From contig QYPG01000013.1 of assembly GCA_007279945.1 (NCBI GenBank), positions 31,849 through 55,848 of the forward strand: a stretch of 24,000 nt of DNA, given 5' to 3'. A model generated the notes under the pieces. It had not been told where the DNA came from. It ran no database searches and saw only the letters and a list, made by a program, of their open reading frames with translations. Made by a program: the position numbers and the translations under genes. This DNA comes from Streptomycetaceae bacterium. Lineage in GTDB: Bacteria > Actinomycetota > Actinomycetes > Nanopelagicales > Nanopelagicaceae. Shown here one piece after another: positions 8,666 through 16,323 of the stretch (position 1 is the first letter of the stretch; every line of letters begins with the position of its first letter).

Positions 8666-10510
8666 TTAGTAGGTCCACTCCCAGAAGTTCCACACCATCT
8701 GTGGAGACAATGGGCCTGGCTTTACGTTCTTGAGATCCTTGTTAACTGCTACAACACCTGGGTGCACGAAAACACCTGTTGTGATTGCATCAGCATTTGT
8801 AAGGCGCTCAATCGCGATGTACTTCGCACCAAGGATTGCCTCTGAAAGAGGTGAATCCAATGTTGCAATGATTCCATCAACTGCTGGGTTGCTGTAACCA
8901 AGGATGTTGTTTCCACCGTTAGTATCAAAAACCTCAGCTGATTGACGCTGTGTTACAGATGATGCAACCCAAGCGAAGAAGTAAACATCGTAATCTGAGT
9001 TACCTAGCTTTGAAGGCCAGTCAGTACGAACATCTCCAACTAGATCGAATCCAATCTTTGCCATGTTTGCCTTAGCTAAAGCGAACTCTGAGGCACGACG
9101 TGGATTGTTTCCTGGAACAAGTACGCGAACCTTTAGTGGGCTCTTAAGCACATTTGGATAGTACTTCTTTACCAAGTTCAGTGCAGTTAAGTTACGTGAC
9201 TCTTGCGTTCCACGTGTTATGCGTTCAGATCCGTTAGCTGCAGTGACCTTTGCATAAAGCGCTGATCCTGGTGAAACCCATGTTGAGTTGATTGGAGTCT
9301 TTACACCATTGATTGGTGCTATCAGCTTCTCCATGATCTCATCGCGTGGAATTCCAAGAAGGAATGCTTGACGAAGTGCTAGAGACTTAGCGCCATCTTT
9401 TACTGAGAATAAACCAGTGTATGGAGCCTCGTCAGGAACAGTGTCATAGTGAAGATCCCAGTGCTCGTAAGCAACGTTGTTGATACCAATGACGTTAACG
9501 TTTGCGATCTTCTTGAGAAGAGCAACGCCGTCGGCAGTTGCCTGACCTGCGTATACATCGAGCTCGCCGTTAGCAAGTGCCTGTGCAGCAGCTGTGCCAT
9601 CACCGATGAACTTGAATACAACAGTATCGATTGATCCGCTCATCGCTGGACCTGAGTTGTACTTAGGGTTCTTCTTCAAAGTTACAGAAGTCTTAGCAAC
9701 TGCATTATCAATAATAAATCCACCATTGCTTATGAGAAGCAGTGGGTTAGTTGTCTTATCAACAGTTGTGATTGTGAAGTCTTCTGTCCAAACTTTACCC
9801 ATCTTCTTAAGCAAAGTTGAATCCTTGGCATTGAATGCAGCAACAAAGCGATCGCGAGCTGCAACGTTTTCTGCAACAGTTCCAAGAGCCTTCTTGCCTT
9901 CGGCCATCAACACAAGTGCGTGAACTGATGATGGGCCTGGACCGTAGAGATCCCAGTTAGCGATTGGCTTAGAAAAGCGAAGAGTTACAGACATCTTGTC
10001 GGCAGAGAGTGTTGGCTCACCGACGATGTTTGCTGAGTACACTCCTGAATAACCAAGACCGTTGAAGGCTGGCTTTTCAGTCTTGCTCTTTGGATCTCCA
10101 AGACCTGCAGCGATTGAGTATGCATCACTTTGTAGAACGTGTGACATCAGAAGATCTTCACCAGTAATTGGTGTTCCATCTGACCAAACACGACCTGGGT
10201 TAACCGTCCACTGTGTGCGGAAATCAGTCTTTGTGTTCTTGACGATCTTGTATGAACCGAAAACTGTGTTCTTTACAAGCTCTTTTTTGTCGTTGTAATA
10301 GTTAAAGCCCATACCTTGTAGGTATCCGACGGCTGAACATGTTGTTGAGTTCGTTGCTGAAAGGCTGCAGTTCAAACCGGTGATTGGGTTTGTTTCATGC
10401 AGGATTACAGTCGAACGAGTTGCAGCTTGGGCTGGTGTCAGTAGTGATACTGCCAAAGCCGCAGAAGCTGTAATTGCTAACGCAAATTTTACGCTGCGTT
10501 GTAACTTCAT
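8666..10510 (-). CDS. ABC transporter substrate-binding protein, family 5 (peptide/nickel type)
   Basis: The ORF track gives 8666..10540. I prefer the ATG at 10510 because AGGAGGA lies 3 nt upstream of it. The product then begins with a signal peptide, MKLQRSVKFALAITASAALAVSLLTPAQA. The size (~614 aa) and position at the head of the permease/ATPase operon fit family 5. Confidence 0.9.
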   Translation of the reverse strand: MKLQRSVKFALAITASAALAVSLLTPAQAATRSTVILHETNPITGLNCSLSATNSTTCSAVGYLQGMGFNYYNDKKELVKNTVFGSYKIVKNTKTDFRTQWTVNPGRVWSDGTPITGEDLLMSHVLQSDAYSIAAGLGDPKSKTEKPAFNGLGYSGVYSANIVGEPTLSADKMSVTLRFSKPIANWDLYGPGPSSVHALVLMAEGKKALGTVAENVAARDRFVAAFNAKDSTLLKKMGKVWTEDFTITTVDKTTNPLLLISNGGFIIDNAVAKTSVTLKKNPKYNSGPAMSGSIDTVVFKFIGDGTAAAQALANGELDVYAGQATADGVALLKKIANVNVIGINNVAYEHWDLHYDTVPDEAPYTGLFSVKDGAKSLALRQAFLLGIPRDEIMEKLIAPINGVKTPINSTWVSPGSALYAKVTAANGSERITRGTQESRNLTALNLVKKYYPNVLKSPLKVRVLVPGNNPRRASEFALAKANMAKIGFDLVGDVRTDWPSKLGNSDYDVYFFAWVASSVTQRQSAEVFDTNGGNNILGYSNPAVDGIIATLDSPLSEAILGAKYIAIERLTNADAITTGVFVHPGVVAVNKDLKNVKPGPLSPQMVWNFWEWTY

Positions 10511-10683
10511 TAGTCCTCCTTGAGGGGTTATTGGGTACATGTGAAGAGTCGACTAACCCCACACCTACCCATTGGTGGTGTGAGTCTGCCGTACCTCTCC
10601 TATGTGATGCAACAGGCAAAGGGCTAGCACTTGCCCACAAATCCCCGTTTATACCCATATATAAGATGAGGAATTGGAAAAAA

Positions 10684-11289
10684 TCACCCCTCCTGGCGAG
10701 ACTTTTCGATTTTTGCTGTGGTTAATCGAGGCGCTGCCAATCCCCACAAAAAAAGGCCCAGTACGACCGAAATCAGGTAGGGGGCCCGAAGGGCGCTTTC
10801 GCGAGATACCAAGTGGGTCATGGCCGTGACCAATCCGCCTCCTACAAACATTCCGATAGGGATCGAACCCCAGGCAAAGAATCGATAGACGCTATTGACC
10901 CGCCCCAACAGCGCCGGTGGAATGATGCTTTGGCGAAGCGAGACGGTGATTGTGTTCCATAAAATCGCCACAAATGTCTCAAACGCGGTCACAACCCAGA
11001 CAACCTGCCATGAAGAGGTTAGCCCAACAATTAAGTTTCCAATCGGGGCTGCGGCCATTGCCAAAGCTAACGATGGGCCACTTCCTAATCGTGCTGAAAC
11101 TTTAGGTGCAAAGAATCCACCAATAGTCCCACCGATTGCTCCGGCCGTACCCAGTATGGCAAAGATAAAGACCGTCGTATGTAAAACCTCTTGAGCAAAT
11201 AAAATATAAACGGCACCGACCATGGTGCCCAGACCATTCATGCAACCCAAGATAATTGCCATGGGCCGCAATAATGGCAACAAGTACAC
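10684..11289 (-). pseudogene. C-terminal half of an MFS transporter (about 6 TM helices); probable gene remnant
   Basis: 201 aa of continuous TM-helix sequence resembling the second six-helix bundle of an MFS protein. The only start is a GTG, with no SD. An in-frame stop lies 4 codons upstream (11302..11304). The strong pstS terminator ends about 45 nt upstream, so there is no room for an N-terminal half. Confidence 0.55.
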
Positions 11290-11333
11290 CTGATTTTTTA
11301 TCTAGATTGATCTGCATGTTGGCAATATAGCGT

Positions 11334-11376
11334 TCAAAAGAGAAAGTGGCGGCCGCATCGCTGCGACCGCCACTTC
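11334..11376 (-). terminator. Rho-independent terminator after pstS
   Basis: The minus strand reads AAGTGGCGG-U-CGCA[GCGA]UGCG-G-CCGCCACUU followed by UCUCUUUUG. This is a ~14-bp GC-rich stem with a GNRA tetraloop and a U-rich tail, 24 nt downstream of the pstS stop. Confidence 0.8.
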
Positions 11377-11399
11377 TATTTCCCTCGAAGTAGGAATAA

Positions 11400-12554
11400 T
11401 TAACCGATCTTTGCTACTTGAGCTAATGACTTAGCAAGAAGTGCTCCGTCAATAACGCTAAAGCCAAGGGCAGCACCAACATCACCTGAGCACTTAGAGC
11501 TCAAGACATAGGTTGCATATGCTTTAACTGCAGCTGCAGTTGTCTTTGATGGGTAAGCAGTGTCTGCAAGTAGGTAAGAGACGATACCCAGTGTGTAGGC
11601 ACCTGCCTCCTGAGTGTCAAACTTGAATGTTAAGAAGCCGTTTACGTCTTGTGTGGCAGAAGCAAGGAATGCTGCAACACCAGTTGAGTTTGGCGCAACT
11701 GATGAACCAGCTGGGTTAATGACATTTGCAATCTTTAGGTTGTTTGCAGCTGCGTAGTTAACTTCAGCATAAGTAATTGAGTATGGAGTCTTGCCTGCAA
11801 GTTGTGCAACACCAGTAGATGATGCGGCGCCAACAACACGGCCTAGGTTAGCAATAGAGTTGATGTCTCCTGGGAAGCCATCCTTGAAAACTTTACCCTT
11901 AGCCTTAGTCCACACTGTTGGAGCTGACTTATTCATATAGTTTGTGAAGTTCTCAGATGTTCCAGATGAATCAGAGCGGTAGATAACCGTGATTGGCTGG
12001 TTTGGAAGTGTATAGACACTAGTTACTTTTCTAGTTGAAAGAACAATTGGATTACCCTTTGCATCTTTCTTTGGGTTTCCATTGGCATCTAGCTTGTACT
12101 TAACAACAGTCGTTGTACGGTTGTTATCAGTTGCGATGAGTGGATCATTCCAGCGGGTAATTGTTCCGCCGAAGATTCCTGCAATTGTCGCTGCTGATAG
12201 CTGTAGAGTCTTTGTAGATTTCAAGTTAGTTAGAACTGCAATTGGAGCAGCAACTAGTGGCACGTGAATAAGTGTTGAACGCTTTGTCGCTGCAGTGTAG
12301 GCACCGTCTGACATCCAGAAATCACCGATTGACTTATCGGAGTTTGCTTGGCCTGTTCCTGAAGATGATGATGCATAGACATAAGAGTTAGCTCCACCAT
12401 TGCTAGCTGCAAAGCCAGCCTTACAAGCTTCGATTAGAAGAGCTGGGAATGATGCACCAGAACCCTGTAAATCAACGGCGTATGCCGGCGAGCCTGCTAC
12501 TAAACCAAACGCGAGTGCAAGTGATGCAACTTTCGCGAGCTTTGAAATTCTCAA
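11400..12554 (-). CDS. pstS: Phosphate ABC transporter substrate-binding protein PstS
   Basis: The ORF track gives 11400..12599. I prefer the TTG at 12554 because AAGGAG lies 7 nt upstream. The product then starts with a signal peptide, (M)RISKLAKVASLALAFGLVAGSPAYA. GSGASFP and SDSSGTS blocks are typical of PstS. It sits next to pstCAB. Confidence 0.9.
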   Translation of the reverse strand: MRISKLAKVASLALAFGLVAGSPAYAVDLQGSGASFPALLIEACKAGFAASNGGANSYVYASSSSGTGQANSDKSIGDFWMSDGAYTAATKRSTLIHVPLVAAPIAVLTNLKSTKTLQLSAATIAGIFGGTITRWNDPLIATDNNRTTTVVKYKLDANGNPKKDAKGNPIVLSTRKVTSVYTLPNQPITVIYRSDSSGTSENFTNYMNKSAPTVWTKAKGKVFKDGFPGDINSIANLGRVVGAASSTGVAQLAGKTPYSITYAEVNYAAANNLKIANVINPAGSSVAPNSTGVAAFLASATQDVNGFLTFKFDTQEAGAYTLGIVSYLLADTAYPSKTTAAAVKAYATYVLSSKCSGDVGAALGFSVIDGALLAKSLAQVAKIG

Positions 12555-12594
12555 TGTATTTCTCCTTTTTAGGTAAGTTCGAATTACTGGGTAA

Positions 12595-12660
12595 AACATA
12601 TGGAGAGTAAATGAACGAAGAGCGTTCAGAATCCAAACGCTCTTCGACTTCTAAGTGAAC
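12595..12660 (-). promoter_or_regulatory. Candidate Pho-box array plus -10 element for pstS
   Basis: The minus strand reads GTTCACTTAGA|AGTCGAAGAGC|GTTTGGATTCT|GAACGCTCTTC|GTTCATTTACT|CTCCA|TATGTT. GTT-initiated units recur every 22 nt. The last unit + 5 nt + TAnGTT closely parallels the phoU upstream region. Confidence 0.45.
12616..12646 (-). terminator. Hairpin between pstB and pstS (possible attenuator or partial terminator)
   Basis: CGAAGAGCGTT-(9 nt)-AACGCTCTTCG: an 11-bp perfect stem 28 nt after the pstB stop. It is followed on the minus strand by UUCAUUUACUCUCC, which is only moderately U-rich. It overlaps the repeat array. Confidence 0.4.
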
Positions 12661-12673
12661 AATAGGTAAATGA

Positions 12674-13552
12674 CTATCCGAAGCGCCCAGTGACATAGTT
12701 TTCAGTGCGTTGATCCTGTGGGCGCGAGAAGATCTCACTCGTTGGTGCAACTTCGATCATCTGACCTGGGCCACCATCGGATAAGAAGAAGGCGGTGTAG
12801 TCGGAGACGCGCGCCGCTTGCTGCATATTGTGAGTCACGATAATGATTGTCATAGTGTCGGATAAGTGACGAATCGTCACTTCGATACGAAGCGTTGATC
12901 CAGGATCAAGGGCAGAACATGGCTCATCCATTAATAAGACTTGTGGGCGCACAGCTAATGCGCGGGCGATGCATAATCGCTGTTGCTGGCCACCTGAAAG
13001 TGATCCTCCGTGGGCTCCTAAACGATCTTTTACTTCACTCCATAAACCTGCACGCTCCAGGCTTTCTTCGAGCAGGTCGTCTTTGTTATCAACTTTTATT
13101 TGGGCAAGCTTGAGTCCAGATAAAACATTTTCGCCAATCGTCATCGATGGAAATGGGTTTGGCTTCTGAAAGACCATACCTATCTGCAGGCGGATCTTGG
13201 TGACGTCGGTACCTGGCGCATAGACATCCTTGCCGTCCAGCAAAACCTCACCAGCCATGGCAGCAGTTGGAATGAACTCGTGCATGCGATTAATAGTGCG
13301 AATAAACGTCGATTTACCGCAGCCCGATGGTCCAATCAAGGCGGTAACGGTGCCTGCCGCAAAATCTAATGAAATATTAGAGAGAGCATGGTGCTTACCA
13401 AACCAAGCGTGAACTCCACGAGTTTCAAGTCCAGTACCCAGTGCGCGCGTCCCTGGAACTTTAGTTGGCTTAGCTTGTGCAACATCGGCAAGTGAACTTG
13501 GTTTAACACTCGTGTCCATGGTTTCCTTTTCGCTCTCGTGTGAAGTTGTCAT
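12674..13552 (-). CDS. pstB: Phosphate import ATP-binding protein PstB
   Basis: Walker [10 protein letters not shown], signature LSGGQQQR, Walker [13 protein letters not shown]-terminal ..[10 protein letters not shown] typical of PstB. ATGA overlap with the pstA stop supports the start at 13552. An alternative ATG lies 11 codons in. Confidence 0.93.
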   Translation of the reverse strand: MTTSHESEKETMDTSVKPSSLADVAQAKPTKVPGTRALGTGLETRGVHAWFGKHHALSNISLDFAAGTVTALIGPSGCGKSTFIRTINRMHEFIPTAAMAGEVLLDGKDVYAPGTDVTKIRLQIGMVFQKPNPFPSMTIGENVLSGLKLAQIKVDNKDDLLEESLERAGLWSEVKDRLGAHGGSLSGGQQQRLCIARALAVRPQVLLMDEPCSALDPGSTLRIEVTIRHLSDTMTIIIVTHNMQQAARVSDYTAFFLSDGGPGQMIEVAPTSEIFSRPQDQRTENYVTGRFG

Positions 13553-14598
13553 TTCGCGACCTTTCTAGAACCCAAGTAACGTGCCGATGTAAAGAGAATG
13601 AGCACGAGCCCTACTAACACTAAAAGACCTGCCCATGCGCGCGTAATCGCCTCAGGTGAACCGGCATTAAATGATTTCCAGATGTAATACGGCAACGAGC
13701 CCATTGGTCCGCTAAAAGCGTTGGGATTAACTTTGTCACCTCCACCAGTGAGTAAGAGAATTGGTGCGGTTTCACCGGCTATGCGTGCAACTCCCAAGAT
13801 AATCGCAGTTACTAAACCACTTCTGGCCGCCGGCAAAACAATCATCGCAACTGTTCGCCATTGAGTTCCACCCAAAGCCGTTCCGGCTTCGCGCAATTCA
13901 TTGGGGATCAAGTTAAGAACTTCTTCAGATGTTCGTGCGATCGTTGGAATCATCAAAATTGTCAACGAAAGGGAGCCCATCAAGCCCGAATAAGCCTTCG
14001 TGATTGGGTAGAGGATTGCCGAGAGAATAAATAGCCCAGCAACAATCGATGGAACCCCACTCATGGCTTGCACTAAGAAACGAATGGGGCCCGTGAAGCG
14101 TCCTTTTATTTCGGTGAGGTATAACGCAGTTAAAATTCCAATCGGAACACTGAGGAAGAGCGCTATTGCAACCATCGTCAACGTGCCGGTGATTGCATGT
14201 AGCAATCCACCATTGTTAAGTGGATCTGTTGGAGTAGCTAGGGCCATATCGTGGGTAAAAAGGTTAAAACTGATGCCTGGTAAGCCTTTTCTAAGCACAG
14301 TATCCAAGATGCTGGCTACTGGGATAACCGTAACGATCGCACCAATCGCAACTAATGAGTTTACGAACGCATCTTTTGCCGCCGCACTGCCACGTTGAGT
14401 TGCTTTGAAAACAGATGTAAGGAGTGCGTATGCAATGAAGAAGATCGTAAAGTAAGCCAGTTTTCCTTTCATGGAGGTCAGTGCAACCACCAAAAAGGAA
14501 GTTGTTATCGCCGCTAGAAAAATCCCAGTATCCAGAGCACGTTCGCGCTTTGATGCCTGCCATGGCTTAGTCGGTACTGCTGTAATCGTGGTACTCAT
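13549..14598 (-). CDS. pstA: Phosphate ABC transporter permease PstA
   Basis: 349 aa polytopic membrane protein. PstA-type blocks [26 protein letters not shown] and [16 protein letters not shown] overlap with pstC. Confidence 0.9.
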   Translation of the reverse strand: MSTTITAVPTKPWQASKRERALDTGIFLAAITTSFLVVALTSMKGKLAYFTIFFIAYALLTSVFKATQRGSAAAKDAFVNSLVAIGAIVTVIPVASILDTVLRKGLPGISFNLFTHDMALATPTDPLNNGGLLHAITGTLTMVAIALFLSVPIGILTALYLTEIKGRFTGPIRFLVQAMSGVPSIVAGLFILSAILYPITKAYSGLMGSLSLTILMIPTIARTSEEVLNLIPNELREAGTALGGTQWRTVAMIVLPAARSGLVTAIILGVARIAGETAPILLLTGGGDKVNPNAFSGPMGSLPYYIWKSFNAGSPEAITRAWAGLLVLVGLVLILFTSARYLGSRKVAK

Positions 14599-15578
14599 CG
14601 TCCCGACTTTCCAGTAGTTCTCACTATTAAATTTGCAAGAGCATTAACAATCAATGTCATCGCAAATAAAACAAGTCCTGCTGCCATCAAAGCCTTAATC
14701 TCATAAGGGCTCGCATCACCAAACTTCAAAATAATTAGTGACGCGACGTTTCCACCCGCACCTAGTAGCATCTGCCAGTTGATTTGAAAGACGATATTTA
14801 AAACGGTAAATACTGCAACGGTTTCACCCATCGCACGTCCAAGGCCCAGCATTGCTCCACCAATTACACCACTTCGACCATGCGGTATTACTACCGCTTT
14901 AATCATGGCCCACCGTGTTGCACCTAGCGCATAAGCTGCTTGAATACGATCAAGTGGTGCTTGTGAAAAAATCTCGCGAGAAACTGATGTAATAATTGGA
15001 ATAATCATAATTGCCAACACAACTCCAGCCACAAATGGAGAGCGGGTATAAAACGGAACCTGCATTTTAAAAAATGGCATAAAACCTAAATATTTATGCA
15101 GCAGTTTTGCCCAATATTCAACGCTGGGCATAAGTACCAAAAATCCCCAGATTCCAAAGAGGATCGATGGGAATGCAGCCATCATGTCAATAATGGTGAC
15201 CATAATTTTCTTGAGCCATCCTGGCGCGTAAAAGTTAAGAAAAAGCGCGCAAAATACCGATATTGGAAGTGCGATCGCTACAGCGATAAGGGAGCAGAGA
15301 ATGGTTCCAACTAGCATTGCAGCTAAGCCAAAGTGGCTCTCCAGCACATTGCCTGCATCATCAGTTGAGATTGACCAATCTGCGTGGGTGATAAAACCGA
15401 TTCCCTCTTGACGCAATACCTCAAAACCGCGGTAGCCCAGAAAAAGAGCGATTAGACCTAGAAGTAATAGCGATGAAAGTCCACCAGTAGTGACTACACC
15501 ACGAAAGACTTTGTCCGAAAATCGAGGCTCTGTAGTGATCTCTCTCGGTTTTGGAATTAGCAACTCTTGAACTGACAT
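14595..15578 (-). CDS. pstC: Phosphate ABC transporter permease PstC
   Basis: 327 aa polytopic membrane protein. PstC-type blocks FGLAAMLVGT, AAYALGATRWAMI and GRAMGETVAV. Its ATG lies 1 nt after the phoU stop. Confidence 0.9.
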   Translation of the reverse strand: MSVQELLIPKPREITTEPRFSDKVFRGVVTTGGLSSLLLLGLIALFLGYRGFEVLRQEGIGFITHADWSISTDDAGNVLESHFGLAAMLVGTILCSLIAVAIALPISVFCALFLNFYAPGWLKKIMVTIIDMMAAFPSILFGIWGFLVLMPSVEYWAKLLHKYLGFMPFFKMQVPFYTRSPFVAGVVLAIMIIPIITSVSREIFSQAPLDRIQAAYALGATRWAMIKAVVIPHGRSGVIGGAMLGLGRAMGETVAVFTVLNIVFQINWQMLLGAGGNVASLIILKFGDASPYEIKALMAAGLVLFAMTLIVNALANLIVRTTGKSGR

Positions 15579-15579
15579 T

Positions 15580-16233
15580 TTATGAAGCGAACTTTCCCGT
15601 GACTAAAAAGTAAACCCGGCGCGAGATTGACACTGCATGATCTGCATAGCGTTCGTAGTAACGTCCCAAAAGAGTTAAGTCGATTGCGGTTTCAATACCG
15701 TGCTTCCAGGTTGGTTCAATGAGAATACTGATGAGTTCGCGATGCAACCCATCCATTTCATCATCATCGCGCTCGACTTCAAGTGCCATTTCGGTATTGC
15801 GCGTAGAAATTACTAATCCTGTTTTATCAGTAATCTTTATCGCTGCCTTACCCACAGCTGTAATTATTTCAACTAGCTCGGTTGGCACAGCGGAATCTGG
15901 ATGACGCATGCGAGCAATCTTTGCGACATGGTGTGATAGATCTCCCATGCGCTCAAGATCTGATCCCATTCGTAGGGCAGTGACTAAAGCTCGCAAATCC
16001 GATGCAACGGGTTGCTGCCTTGCAATAATGTCAATAATTCGTGAATCGATATCGTGCTGAAAATCATCGATTTTTTCATCTGCAACGATAACTTCTTCCG
16101 CAAGTTTTAAATCACAGGTTAGAATTGCCGTCGTTGCTTTTGACATGGCTTCTGAAACCATAAAAGCCAAATCAACTAAGGATTGAGATATGCCGTCGAG
16201 CTCATCTTGGAATACGGATCTAATAAGGGCCAT
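15580..16233 (-). CDS. phoU: Phosphate signalling complex protein PhoU
   Basis: Two PhoU repeats containing DxxxD-type motifs (the DLERMGD and ERYADH regions). The ORF track starts at 16272. I prefer the ATG at 16233 (MALIRSVFQDELDGISQSL...) because a TAGGTT hexamer lies 7 nt upstream. The 13 additional residues also do not resemble a PhoU N-terminus. Confidence 0.88.
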   Translation of the reverse strand: MALIRSVFQDELDGISQSLVDLAFMVSEAMSKATTAILTCDLKLAEEVIVADEKIDDFQHDIDSRIIDIIARQQPVASDLRALVTALRMGSDLERMGDLSHHVAKIARMRHPDSAVPTELVEIITAVGKAAIKITDKTGLVISTRNTEMALEVERDDDEMDGLHRELISILIEPTWKHGIETAIDLTLLGRYYERYADHAVSISRRVYFLVTGKFAS

Positions 16234-16240
16234 GGCGCAA

Positions 16241-16284
16241 AACCTATGTGGAGATGATGAATAGAGACCCACGCTTAGATGAAC
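16241..16284 (-). promoter_or_regulatory. Candidate Pho-box repeats plus -10 element for phoU, in the divergent phoU/senX3 control region
   Basis: The minus strand reads GTTCATCTAAG|CGTGGGTCTCT|ATTCATCATCT|CCACA|TAGGTT|TTGCGCC|ATG. (G/A)TTCATC repeats lie 22 nt apart. The proximal unit overlaps the -35 position. Confidence 0.45.
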
Positions 16285-16311
16285 GGAAGGTAAACTGGCG
16301 TTTCAAGCCTA

Positions 16312-16317
16312 TAGAGT
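16312..16317 (+). promoter_or_regulatory. Candidate -10 hexamer TAGAGT for a leaderless senX3-regX3 transcript
   Basis: TAGAGT-TCGGAT-ATG with no SD. The TAG of the hexamer is also the in-frame stop that closes the reading frame upstream of the kinase start. Confidence 0.35.
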
Positions 16318-16323
16318 TCGGAT

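Noticed and set aside
10511-10683. Naming the ABC leader as a ydaO/c-di-AMP or glycine riboswitch
   Set aside because: Only short G/C-rich blocks look similar from memory. The highly conserved core segments of those classes are not present. A covariance-model search is needed.
11102-11317. 71-aa ORF overlapping the 5' end of the MFS remnant, as a possible frameshifted N-terminal part
   Set aside because: The sequence is not hydrophobic or MFS-like. It would add only a few residues before running into the pstS terminator.
12040-12100. Short internal tandem-like repeat in pstS (protein DANGNPKKDAKGNPIV; DNA GGATTACCCTTTGCATC / GGGTTTCCATTGGCATC)
   Set aside because: It is imperfect and only two units. 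It is most simply a surface-loop insertion in a slightly long PstS, and there is no evidence of functional significance.
15580-16272. Longer PhoU start at 16272 (MGLYSSSPHRFCAM...)
   Set aside because: The extra 13 residues do not resemble a PhoU N-terminus, and they would bury the repeat/-10 module inside coding sequence. The ATG at 16233 has the TAnnnT-7-ATG geometry.
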